The notes below the pieces were generated by a model. It worked only from the letters and a program-made list of their open reading frames with translations. It did no database searches and was not told the DNA's origin. Shown piece by piece: positions 10,241 to 19,131 of a stretch of 64,000 nt of DNA (within the stretch, counting starts at the first letter, position 1; each line of letters starts with the position of its first letter). The position numbers and the translations under genes were made by a program. Source of the stretch: Candidatus Bathyarchaeota archaeon (GTDB taxonomy: Archaea; Thermoproteota; Bathyarchaeia; 40CM-2-53-6; DTGE01); NCBI GenBank assembly GCA_018396725.1, contig JAGTRC010000005.1, forward strand, positions 15,149-79,148, given 5' to 3'.

Positions 10241-11004
10241 GTGGGGGTTCCCGAGATGGCTGAAGACGGGGAGAAGACCTTCTCACAGGTGTTAGCCGAG
10301 ATCCTGCCGCCTCCCGAAAGGGTCTTCACGCCAAGCCTGGACGACAGCAACGCCATAGAGCAGAGGCACATCCTCATCTACGGGGGCCCCGGCTCCGGGA
10401 AGACGCACCTTCCGCTACATAGCTAAATCCCTAGCGGAAATCTACGACGACAAATTCTTCTACGCAGCCTACACGGATGCCGACTTGAAGGACCTCCTCG
10501 CCAGGATCAGCCCACCACGTGGTTCAACTGCTCTGCTGCGAGGACATGACCCGGATCAGGCAGCCCGAGGAAGCGATCCACGGCTACTTCACGATACGCC
10601 ACCTAATGGCCGAGAAAACCGGCCTACGCAACGGTTTAGTAGTAACGGCTTTTACAACCCATGACCTATACGGCGTCCAGCCTAAATCCCTTAGGACCAA
10701 CTGCGACCTATCCCTCTTCCTGGAGTCGCCTGCGAACCCCTACGATGAGAGATTAGCCGAGGAGACGCTCGGCACAGAGGTCTACGAGAAATTGAAGCGG
10801 GTCGAGCAGCTCCGCCTATCCCAGCCCGAATACAAGGGATGGATCGCCTATTCGACGAAGTGGATGAAAGGCATGGTCTATATCCCTAAGACGGAGTACC
10901 AGCTCCTGCAACGCGGGTTCGAACCCACGCCTGATGCCGTAGCCTTAGCCAGCCGCATCCTAGGAAGGCAGGGCTTGGGAGCCATGTACGGAGCGAGTGG
11001 ATGA
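10241..11004 (+). pseudogene. P-loop NTPase (AAA-like ATPase) disrupted by two +1 frameshifts
   Basis: Walker A IYGGPGSGKTHL in frame 2. The protein continues sensibly as RYIAKSLAEIYDDKFFYAAYTDADLKDLLARISPP in frame 0 from about 10413, then as VVQLLCCEDMTRI... (ORF 10519-11004) in frame 1. Both shifts fall at C-runs (ccttcc, cccacca). Confidence 0.55.
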
Positions 11005-11263
11005 GGGGCCCAGCCCGCTCCATGAGGAGATCCTCAGGCTGCTCTGGCGGGGTGTTACCCGGCCGCTGAGCATCAACACGGAGCTCCGCATGGTCCACCC
11101 CGAAGAGGTTGAGGATGCATTGTTCGACCTGGAGAAGATGGGCTACGTCAAGTTGCGGGGGCCGAGGAACAGGGTCCTCATGCTCCTCCTCTCGGAGTGG
11201 CTCCTCACCAGGAAGGGCGCCGACCACGTAGCTGAGAGGAGGAAGAGCCGCGGGGAGACATAG
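10997..11263 (+). CDS. small winged-helix DNA-binding protein
   Basis: 88 aa. The start overlaps the stop of the ATPase gene (ATGA/TGA coupling). Segment HEEILRLLWRGVTRPLSINTEL is helix-turn-helix-like. Confidence 0.45.
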   Translation: MDEGPSPLHEEILRLLWRGVTRPLSINTELRMVHPEEVEDALFDLEKMGYVKLRGPRNRVLMLLLSEWLLTRKGADHVAERRKSRGET

Positions 11264-11427
11264 ATCTCTCCCGAAGAGCTTTATGGAGAACTTATCCCTG
11301 GTTAAGACCGCATTGGATGTAGAGGGATACGCACTCGAAGCCATCCCGACTTATCCCCAGCGGCGCCGTATAGAAGCACGCTAAACTATATTAGCTTCCT
11401 CGATTCTACTATACTCGGGTACAGTAT

Positions 11428-12255
11428 TTGAAGCTGGATCTATTGGCGAGAGATGGAGCCGTAGAAGTCCTCCGCCAGCTCTGCACAGGAGAAGCTAGAT
11501 TCAAGGAATTGAACAGACTTGTCCCCAATATCCGGACGCTCAGCAGGAGATTGAAGGAGCTGCAGAAGGAGGAACTAATCCAGAGGGCTGGAATCCATTA
11601 CAGGATCACGGAGAGGGGCTTCGGGGCCGCCCTCAAAATAGCCGAGTTGGAGCGAGAGACAGACCGGGGAGGAGTCCATCCCGACCCTGAAGAGATTGCT
11701 AAGGTCAGGTGTGGATGGTTGAGGATCTCATTGGAGCGGCTCACCGAGCTCTTCCTCGGAGAGTTCGATGAAACACTGGTATCCCTCATCCTCTACGGCT
11801 CCGCCGTTAAAGCCTCATTCCATCCAGGCAGGAGCGATATAGACCTGCTCTACGTCGTTGAAGACGGGGCGGGAGATCCATGGCCTCGAGAGGGTAAAGT
11901 CTTCAGGGGCTTCCAATCCACATGGGAGTACAAGGCCTGCGACCAATACTTTAAAACCCGGGGATTCCACGGGTACCCGGAGGTAACCGCCATATCCCTC
12001 GAGAGGAACCATGCCAAAAGATTCCAGCCCATATACCTCGACATGCTCTCCCATAGGGCCGTACTCTACGATAAGGATGGGTTCTTCCAAGATCTAATGG
12101 AGAAGCTGGAGAAAGAGCTTAAAACCATAGGAACCATAAGGATCGAGCATCCAGACGGAACCTACGGCTGGCTCCTAAAACCCGATATAACCCCTGGAGA
12201 ACTAATAGAGATAAACCTGGGATGGGCAGATGGCCATCAACAAGGAGAGGGCTGA
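11428..12255 (+). CDS. fusion of winged helix (HxlR/ArsR-like) and minimal nucleotidyltransferase (MNT)
   Basis: N-terminal wHTH (EVLRQLCTGEARFKELNRLVPNIRTLSRRLKELQKEELI). It is followed by the MNT signature ILYGSAVKASFHPGRSDIDLLYVV (GSx10-SDxD). Confidence 0.7.
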   Translation: MKLDLLARDGAVEVLRQLCTGEARFKELNRLVPNIRTLSRRLKELQKEELIQRAGIHYRITERGFGAALKIAELERETDRGGVHPDPEEIAKVRCGWLRISLERLTELFLGEFDETLVSLILYGSAVKASFHPGRSDIDLLYVVEDGAGDPWPREGKVFRGFQSTWEYKACDQYFKTRGFHGYPEVTAISLERNHAKRFQPIYLDMLSHRAVLYDKDGFFQDLMEKLEKELKTIGTIRIEHPDGTYGWLLKPDITPGELIEINLGWADGHQQGEG

Positions 12256-12641
12256 AAAAGCTATAAGGAGCGCGGAGAGAGTTCAAAAACGCCGTCAGGA
12301 GCCTAGAGGAAAAGGACTACGCGGGATCGTTGAAGTATCTCCAGGAATCTATGGAATACGCAGTGAAGGCGGTCCTAATAGCCTACGGGGTGGACTACCC
12401 CAAAATCCATGCGGTGGGGCGCCTCCTAACCGAATTAGAGGAGAAGTATCCCCCATGGTTCCTCGCAGAAATACAGGACATAGCTGAAGTCGCAGACAAC
12501 CTGGCCAGGGGTAGGCCGAGATTCAGATACCCCTACGAGTATCCCATAGAACAATACGAGGCCGCGGCGGGGGAGATCCTCCCAAAAGCTGGGAGAGCCC
12601 TGGAAAACTGCCGAAGACTCATAAAGGAACTCTTCAATTAA
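12230..12641 (+). pseudogene. HEPN-domain protein (MNT partner) with a frameshift near 12275-12285
   Basis: ATG 12230 overlaps the MNT stop and encodes MAINKERAEKAIRSAE. The other frame continues EFKNAVRSLEEKDYAGSLKYLQESMEYAVKAVLIAYGVDYPKIH..., a typical HEPN sequence. The frames switch inside the gagagag tract. The first in-frame start for the long frame is TTG 12330. Confidence 0.6.
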
Positions 12642-12674
12642 CTGCCAAGTAAAACCTCTCTTCACGCATCCAGA

Positions 12675-12742
12675 GCGGAGAGGCGAACCCTTTAAATTGG
12701 AAGCATCTTCTGTCGGAGATTTGGTGCTTTCCGCCTCTCCGC
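12675..12742. other. 11-bp inverted repeat (gcggagaggcg / cgcctctccgc) between the convergent HEPN and VapC genes
   Basis: Seen directly. The arms lie at 12675-12685 and 12732-12742 with a spacer of about 46 nt. Confidence 0.6.
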
Positions 12743-12788
12743 GCCTCCAAGGAGGGGATGGAGCTCCGTCATCTTTAAGCGGTGGGCT

Positions 12789-13187
12789 TCACATCCAGAT
12801 TCTCCTAATCCACGTCACTCTATCGAAGTCCCTATCGTTTGTATATATCTCCTTCACGCCATATTTCTTCATGGTTTGCAGTGTTATGGCGTCGACGAGG
12901 TCTAAGTCGTATTTATTCATGTCTTCCACTGCCTCCATTACATCTTTCCAGGAGATTCCTTTCTTATCTATGGTTACATAGGAATTCATGGCTGACAGCA
13001 GCTTTTCAACCTCTCTCCTCTTATTGTTGTACTCCAGCCAGTCCGCGATCTCCTGTATCACAGCCGTATTCGTGATCGCTTCCTCTCCTTCCTCGATCCT
13101 TTTAAGGATCTTCTTAGCCGTCTCGTAGTTCTCCTTGGGGGATCCGACGAGGACGTATATGAAAACATTTGAGTCGACGAACCTCAA
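12789..13187 (-). CDS. PIN-domain ribonuclease VapC
   Basis: MRFVDSNVFIY start; conserved D/E/D positions. AT-rich relative to the surroundings. Overlaps the upstream antitoxin gene. Confidence 0.8.
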   Translation of the reverse strand: MRFVDSNVFIYVLVGSPKENYETAKKILKRIEEGEEAITNTAVIQEIADWLEYNNKRREVEKLLSAMNSYVTIDKKGISWKDVMEAVEDMNKYDLDLVDAITLQTMKKYGVKEIYTNDRDFDRVTWIRRIWM

Positions 13188-13453
13188 ATCTTAGCCCTCG
13201 CCAATTTCCCCTTAACCCTGGCGGCAGCCGCCCTCCTCAAAGCCTCCTCGATAGGTTCCTCTAGGGAGATATCCCGGGCGAGTCCGTCGAGCGCCTCTGT
13301 AGGGTTCAGGAGGGCCCTTTGGGGGAGCAGGAAAACTCTTCCACCGGAAACCTCGAGCGTTAATGTATCGCCCTCCTTTATCCCGAGCCTCTCCCTAACC
13401 TCAACCGGTATCGTTATCTTACCCTTTTGGAGCACCTTAACCTGAGTACCCAA
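13184..13453 (-). CDS. AbrB/SpoVT-family antitoxin VapB
   Basis: VLQKGKITIPVEVRERLGIKEGDTL is a swapped-hairpin AbrB-type DNA-binding motif. Confidence 0.75.
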   Translation of the reverse strand: MGTQVKVLQKGKITIPVEVRERLGIKEGDTLTLEVSGGRVFLLPQRALLNPTEALDGLARDISLEEPIEEALRRAAAARVKGKLARAKI

Positions 13454-13676
13454 TTAGATCCCCAAAAAAGGTAATATGAGAAAGGATACATATCAATATT
13501 ACCGTTGTCAACATCGTAGAGGGATTTCTCGTGCACGTACGGAAGTCCCTTCAGCCATCAAGCCCTGATAGATTCGGAGGGGAGATCCTCGCCTATGGAA
13601 ACCGAAGATGGGCCTTCGAAAGGTCTCCCATCCATCTATCTTTCCCGTCTATATAATTGAAAGGTTTAAAGGGTTC

Positions 13677-14888
13677 CTACTCCATCTCTATGGTTGCCGG
13701 CGGCTTCGGTGTCGCATCGTAGTATACGGCTGCGACGTTGGGGCACATCCCGATAACTTCTCCTGCCACCCTGTTTAACGTGGACCAGGGTATCTCTGAC
13801 ACCTGGGCTGTGAGGAAATCCCTCGTCTGAACCGCTCTCACCCCTATTACGTAGGGCTTCTCCATTCCCGAATCCTGGATCGCATAGAAGACCCTTGCGA
13901 TCCCCGGGTTTTCACTTATTATCTTCTCCTGGAGCGAGACCATATCCGGAACCGTTCTCTGATAGACTTCCCCGCTCGCCTTCCTAACGGTTACACCGAC
14001 CACTTCGCCGTAGCGCCGCTTCCCTTCGATCACCCCGGTGGCCTTATCCCTGAAGAACTTTACATCCACGCATCCCGGTGGAACAGCAAGGAGACACGCC
14101 ACCACATCCCTTACATGGGGGGTCTCCGGCGCCTCAATCTTTTCGTTATCGAGTATCACGGCGAAGTATTGGCTCGGCGAATGCTCCGCCAGCTCATTCT
14201 CGACGATGCTCGTGGCCTTCCTCAATGTTTCAAGCTTGTCCAGGCGTATCTCGCCGACCACCCGGACCGAGAGGCCTGGACCCGGGAAGGGCTGCCTCTC
14301 CGAGATCTCAGCCGGCAAACCCAGGTGCCTCGCCACCATCCTAACCTGCCCCTTGTACAGGGCTAATAGAGGCTCGATTACCCTGAAGCCGTACCTCTCC
14401 ATAGGGTTTATACCCATCTGCTCCAGGACGTTATGCTGGGTCTTCACCCCGCCGACCGTCTCGACGACATCAGCCTTTATGGTCCCCTGGATAAGGACCG
14501 TGCAGCTCCTCTTCCTAGCCGTCTCGGCTAGGGCCTGGTAGAAGGTCTCCCGGAACATCCTACGCTTCTCCTCGGCATCCCTTAACCCCTCCATAGCCTC
14601 TAGGAAGCGTTCCCTTACGTCCACTACTTCGACGGGGACGGATAAGGGCGGCTTAGACAAAGTCTCGGCGACCCTTCTAGGCTCATCCTCTCGCATGAAG
14701 GCGTCGTCGAGTATCACGCAGACGAGATTCTCGCCCAACGCTCTGCGCGCTAAAACTGCGCATGTGGCGCTGTCCACGCCGCCTGAAACTGCAACGAGCG
14801 CCCTCTCCCCGCCGACGCTCCTCCTAATCTCCTTAACCTGCGATTCCACGAACCTTTCGGGGTTGAAGGCGTCCATATCCTCCACCAT
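13677..14888 (-). CDS. guaA: GMP synthase, ATP pyrophosphatase subunit (GuaA subunit B)
   Basis: PP-loop SGGVDS, PFPGPGL motif and C-terminal KPPATIEME, which is diagnostic of the GMP synthase dimerisation domain. An apparent insert of about 80 aa lies before the final conserved block. Confidence 0.8.
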   Translation of the reverse strand: MVEDMDAFNPERFVESQVKEIRRSVGGERALVAVSGGVDSATCAVLARRALGENLVCVILDDAFMREDEPRRVAETLSKPPLSVPVEVVDVRERFLEAMEGLRDAEEKRRMFRETFYQALAETARKRSCTVLIQGTIKADVVETVGGVKTQHNVLEQMGINPMERYGFRVIEPLLALYKGQVRMVARHLGLPAEISERQPFPGPGLSVRVVGEIRLDKLETLRKATSIVENELAEHSPSQYFAVILDNEKIEAPETPHVRDVVACLLAVPPGCVDVKFFRDKATGVIEGKRRYGEVVGVTVRKASGEVYQRTVPDMVSLQEKIISENPGIARVFYAIQDSGMEKPYVIGVRAVQTRDFLTAQVSEIPWSTLNRVAGEVIGMCPNVAAVYYDATPKPPATIEME

Positions 14889-15082
14889 TACAATACTTCA
14901 ATCGATTCGGGTTGGCTAAGGCTTATCTCATTCATAGACGGCTATTTTAACATGCTGGGAGGCCCCGATTGGTAATCCCACGGGGGCATCCTTCATGCGG
15001 TTTCGTCGCGAGTCGGTGGTGGCTCCATGGCAAGATTTTCCCACAAATTTTAAGAGTGGGACATAATTAATTATAGAATCAG

Positions 15083-15313
15083 GTGGGAGAAATGGAGATA
15101 GTGGTCGAAATGGACGATAAGGGCAGAGTCCTCATCCCCTCAAAGCTAAGGCGGGGACTAGCCTCGAGAAGAATGATCCTGAGGAAGGCGCACAACCATC
15201 TCGAGTTGATACCGCTCCCAAACCCGAAATCCCTCAAAGGCAAGTACAGCCTCAGAGGCGAGATCGAGGACATAGAGGAGCTCCAGGAAAAGAGGCTGCT
15301 GGAGCGAACATGA
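15083..15313 (+). CDS. AbrB/SpoVT-type antitoxin
   Basis: MDDKGRVLIPSKLRRGLASRRMIL. 76 aa, directly upstream of a PIN gene. Confidence 0.7.
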   Translation: MGEMEIVVEMDDKGRVLIPSKLRRGLASRRMILRKAHNHLELIPLPNPKSLKGKYSLRGEIEDIEELQEKRLLERT

Positions 15314-15314
15314 T

Positions 15315-15752
15315 ATGAAGCTGCCGGGGAGGCTCATAGCCGATACTGTACTGTTCATCTCCTATCTGAGGGGCGACGACCTCTCGGATAGGGCTGAAGT
15401 GGTGGTGGACAAGGCCTTAGCCAAGGAGACCCTACTGCTAGTCTCCTCGGAGATGTACGATGACCTCGTAACTGCCTACCGTACGGGAGGGTATAAGCTC
15501 GACGAGATAAGGAGCATACTTCTCGACCTCCAGGCCATACCCCACGAGGTGGTGCCCACAACCCTGGATATAGCGATCCTCGCCATGGGCCTCTACTCAA
15601 AATATGGCGGTAGTAGGAGGCTCCACTACTTCGATGCCTTCCATGTGGCGACCGCAGCAGTCATGGATGAGCCGCTGATCACCAGCGACAAATTTATCCT
15701 CGAAAACTCCGGAAACCTGGGAGTAAAAACGATAGACCTGAGGGACATCTAG
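15315..15752 (+). CDS. PIN-domain ribonuclease VapC
   Basis: PIN acidic residues (IADTVLFISYL..., ...FDAFHVATA, ITSDKF). Confidence 0.8.
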   Translation: MKLPGRLIADTVLFISYLRGDDLSDRAEVVVDKALAKETLLLVSSEMYDDLVTAYRTGGYKLDEIRSILLDLQAIPHEVVPTTLDIAILAMGLYSKYGGSRRLHYFDAFHVATAAVMDEPLITSDKFILENSGNLGVKTIDLRDI

Positions 15753-15843
15753 GGCCGCCCGGCGAAAGCTTTATGGGAAAGAGGCTTGAATTCTAGAAAA
15801 CATTTGAGGGCTTCGGGGGTTTTGGGGTTGGGGAGGCGATCCT

Positions 15844-16142
15844 ATGAAAAATATTGAGGAAATAAAGAAAAAATAGAAGAATTGAAGCCATCTTTAAAGG
15901 AAGAATTTAATGTTAAATCCATTGGCATCTTCGGCTCTTACATAAGGGGTGAGGAGAAGAGAGGAAGCGACCTTGATATTCTGGTTGAGTTTGAGGATTC
16001 AGCCGACCTAAGTCTTTTAGACTTTATTGAATTAGAGAATTATTTAAGTGCAGAGTTAGGGGTTAGGGTAGATCTGGTTGAGAAAAGCACCCTGAAACCA
16101 AGGATTGGGAAACGCATCTTAGAAGAAGTTGTAAACCTATGA
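15844..16142 (+). pseudogene. minimal nucleotidyltransferase (MNT) with a frameshift in an A6 run; the catalytic part is intact from TTG 15882
   Basis: ATG 15844 encodes [10 protein letters not shown] and stops in gaaaaaatag. The downstream frame reads [39 protein letters not shown] (GSx9-SDLD). Adding one A would fuse the two into a canonical MNT N-terminus. Confidence 0.6.
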
Positions 16143-16485
16143 AAAGGGAATTTTTAGATTACGTAGAGGATATAATTGAAGCTATGGGAGATGCCCTAAG
16201 TTTTGTAGAGGGAATTGACTGCGATGATTTTGCAAAGAATAAGAGAACACTCTTATGCTGTAATAAGAGCCATAGAGGTTATTGGGGAGGCCGTGAAAAA
16301 GGTACCGATCTCAGTAAGGAAACGCTATCCAGCGATACCTTTGGAAGGATATGGCTGGAATGAGAGATAAACTAATCCATGAGTACTTTAGTGTTAATTT
16401 GAGAAGGGTCTGGAAAACCGTTAAAGAAGACATACCTGATCTGAAACATTTATTCGAAAAGATTTTAAAGGATTTTGAACAATAG
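16139..16485 (+). pseudogene. HepT/DUF86-type HEPN protein (MNT partner) with two frameshifts
   Basis: ATGA overlap with the MNT stop. [25 protein letters not shown]... then [30 protein letters not shown] in the +1 frame from about 16257. The final segment [47 protein letters not shown] runs in yet another frame from about 16342 to a stop at 16483-16485. Shifts fall at cttatg and ccttt. Confidence 0.6.
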
Positions 16486-16836
16486 CTCTAAGTTCCAAAT
16501 GTTATAATAGGGAATGACCCGGCTTATGCTAGAATATCGACTAAACATGAAAGCCATCATAGCCTCATGGTAGAGGAGGACCTGAGGAGCCATTCCCAAA
16601 AAATATTAAATATCCAAAGATGCCTAGAGGCGCCTCCGAAGCCATCCAGCCCAGCCTGAATGAGTAAGGAGGCCGTATCGCATTCCCATCCTGTTGTAAA
16701 ATGAGCCTCGGGGCCTCCCCTAGGTTGAATAATCCCCTTGTAACGCCGACCCCTATTACTACAAGGGTTAAAAGAGGGGAGTTCATATAAGTGGAGTCTC
16801 GGATTACGGAGGGCCATCCTAGACAGGTGTTCAGCG

Positions 16837-17682
16837 ATGGCTAAAGTTGCTATCGTGAAGGGATTGGATCCCGTGGATTCAACGGTTAAGGCCTTGGAGA
16901 TGGTGGACGCGTATAGGGGCATCCCCAAGGATAAACCCATCCTCATTAAACCTAACTACCTCAACGCAAGCCACCCCTCGAAGGGTATAACCACCGATGG
17001 CAGGGTCGTGGAAGGCGTCGTCAAATACCTTAAGCTCCACGGCTTCAACTCCATCATCATAGGTGAAGGAAGCGGCTTCGCCGATACCCTTGAAGCCTTC
17101 AAGACCGCAGGCTTAGATGTCGTCGCTGAGAGATGGAATGTGAAGCTCATGGACCTGAACAGAGACGTCTTCGTCGAGGTTGAGCCTCCAAACCCCCTCG
17201 CCTTGAAGAAGGTGAAGATAGCCAGGACGGCTTTAGAGTCTGCGATAATAAGTGTCCCAAAGCTTAAACCCCACAGGCAAGCCGGCGTCACCCTAAGCAT
17301 AAAGAACATGATGGGGGTGATGACCCCTAAGGGCTCCATGCACATCCACCTCCACAGGAACATAGCCGACCTCGCCTCCATAGTGAAGCCGCGCGTAGCC
17401 GTGATAGACGGGGTGATCGCGGGTGAGGGGCATGAATCCGCCGGGGATCCCGTGAGGATGGACCTGGTCATAGCAGGGTTGGATCCCGTGGCTGTGGACG
17501 CCGTGGGAGCCGCTGTGATGATGATACCCGTTGAGGAGGTTAAGCACCTCAGATACGCGATGGAGAAAGGCCTAGGCACCTGTCATCTAGACCAGATAGA
17601 GATAGTAGGCGAGCCGATAGAGAAAGTTAAGAGGAGGTTCAGGAGATCCATCCTCTCAAGATTCCTCACCCACGTAGGCTAG
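16837..17682 (+). CDS. DUF362-family protein
   Basis: ILIKPNYLNASHPSKGITTDGRVVEG and the overall pattern match DUF362. Confidence 0.7.
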   Translation: MAKVAIVKGLDPVDSTVKALEMVDAYRGIPKDKPILIKPNYLNASHPSKGITTDGRVVEGVVKYLKLHGFNSIIIGEGSGFADTLEAFKTAGLDVVAERWNVKLMDLNRDVFVEVEPPNPLALKKVKIARTALESAIISVPKLKPHRQAGVTLSIKNMMGVMTPKGSMHIHLHRNIADLASIVKPRVAVIDGVIAGEGHESAGDPVRMDLVIAGLDPVAVDAVGAAVMMIPVEEVKHLRYAMEKGLGTCHLDQIEIVGEPIEKVKRRFRRSILSRFLTHVG

Positions 17683-17872
17683 GCCAGGGGACGGCGCACC
17701 GCACCCATACAGGCTAATGCGTATGGATAATGACGTGGGGATGTTGCTGGAGCCTTAGGTTTTTCCCCAGCGTCCATAACCGTTTAGGGGATCCAGCTAT
17801 CCTTAGTGGGTGGATCGTCTCCGCCTATCGGCCGGGCTAAGCTTTTTAACCTCACCGGTTTATGGATGATCC

Positions 17873-18694
17873 ATGAGGATCTTCTTGGGTCCAGCGGGCA
17901 TCCCCACAGCCGCCGGGGAGAGGAGCACCACCGGCGGGTTACTGACGCTTTCACAGCTCGGATTAAACGCTATGGAGATTGAGTTCGTGAGGAGCATCTA
18001 TCTAACCAGGGGTAACGCCGAGGCCGTAGGTGAGCTGGCCGGTCAACTGGGCATCCAGCTCACCGTCCACGCCCCATACTTCATAAACCTCCTCTCCGAG
18101 AAGAGGGAGACCGCGGAGGCCTCTAAGAAGCGCATCCTCGAATCCCTGGACAGGGCTGAAGCCATGAACGCTGAGGCCGTGGTGGTCCACCCCGCCTACT
18201 ACGGTGGGCTGGGGAGGGAGGAGGCCTTCAAGGAGATGGAGGGGATCACCCGCGAGCTCCTGGACGGGGCTGAAAGCCTCGGAGGCAGGGTTAAGCTCGC
18301 CTATGAGACCATGGCTAAGGAGAGCCAGTTCGCGGGTCTAGAGGAGCTCCTAAGACTTGTGGAGACCGTCAAATCCGATAGGCTAACCGTATGCGTCGAC
18401 TTCGCCCACATATTCGTCAGGAACAAGGGCAGGATAAGCTATCCTGAAGTCTTGGATAAGCTTAAGGGCCTCGGCCACGTCTACTCCCACTTCTCCAACA
18501 TGAGGTATAACCCTAAGACTAGGAGGTTCATGGACGTCCATGAGCCTATAGACGGCTATCCCCCCTTCAAGCCCTTAGCCGAGGAGATATTGAGGAGGAA
18601 GATGGATATTACGATTATAAGCGAAAGCCCCATACTGGAGGTCGACTCCCTGAAGATGAAGGGTATCCTAAAGGAGTTAGGCTATGAACCCTAA
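17873..18694 (+). CDS. nfo: endonuclease IV (AP endonuclease, xylose-isomerase-like TIM barrel)
   Basis: HAPYFINL, VVHPA, VCVDFAHIF and other Endo IV metal-binding motifs. Confidence 0.85.
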   Translation: MRIFLGPAGIPTAAGERSTTGGLLTLSQLGLNAMEIEFVRSIYLTRGNAEAVGELAGQLGIQLTVHAPYFINLLSEKRETAEASKKRILESLDRAEAMNAEAVVVHPAYYGGLGREEAFKEMEGITRELLDGAESLGGRVKLAYETMAKESQFAGLEELLRLVETVKSDRLTVCVDFAHIFVRNKGRISYPEVLDKLKGLGHVYSHFSNMRYNPKTRRFMDVHEPIDGYPPFKPLAEEILRRKMDITIISESPILEVDSLKMKGILKELGYEP

Positions 18695-18759
18695 ACCCTA
18701 TGGAGACGGTTTCTAAAGGGTCAACCGGCTGGGGGAGAGCAGGTTCCCGGGTAGCCCCC

Positions 18760-19128
18760 TCTCCCCTATGAATCCTTCGAGTTCCCTATCCAGGGTTAGC
18801 AGCTTCAAACCTAGGTTAACCGAGCATGCGTATAGTATATGTCTATCAGGTCTCTATGGCCTGACATGTAGAGTTCCAGAGCGTCGCTGAAGGTTTTAGC
18901 GTCCACCCCAGCCCTTCTGTATCTGCCTCCTTCAATTATGCTCCTTAGGCCTTCCCTGAAGCGTGCCAGCTTAGCCCTATCCAATTGGAGCCTAGCCGCT
19001 ATCCTAAAGATTCCAAGATGCTGAAATCCGAGTAGTATATCTCAGCTTTCAAGTCTTCCAGCCGCTTTAGGCTCCTCGAAACTTCATCGCCTACATCTAT
19101 TCCTAGGGATGGGAGTATGAAGAAGAAT
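18760..19128 (-). pseudogene. decayed PIN-like toxin remnant downstream of an antitoxin gene
   Basis: The minus-strand reading VLLDAFFFILPSLGIDVGDEVSRSLKRLEDLKAEIYYSDFSILESLG continues in another frame as IAARLQLDRAKLARFREG...DLIDIYY and is then interrupted by stops. No ORF of 60 aa or more remains. Confidence 0.3.
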
Positions 19129-19131
19129 GCG

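Noticed and set aside
10905-10935. gcgggttcgaacccacgc inside the ATPase ORF resembling a tRNA T-arm
   Set aside because: The flanks cannot pair as a T-stem or acceptor. It is coding (QRGFEPTPD) within a continuous ORF.
14038-14541. Plus-strand ORFs (167, 88 and 83 aa) inside the GMP synthase gene, and similar antisense ORFs inside ABCE1, topo VI and the DHH nuclease gene
   Set aside because: They are antisense to strongly supported conserved genes, and their Pro/Arg/Ser-rich composition is typical of out-of-frame GC-rich sequence.
16557-16946. 129-aa minus-strand ORF upstream of and overlapping the DUF362 gene
   Set aside because: It overlaps the start of a well-supported gene on the other strand, has no recognisable motifs and looks like antisense translation of GC-rich DNA.
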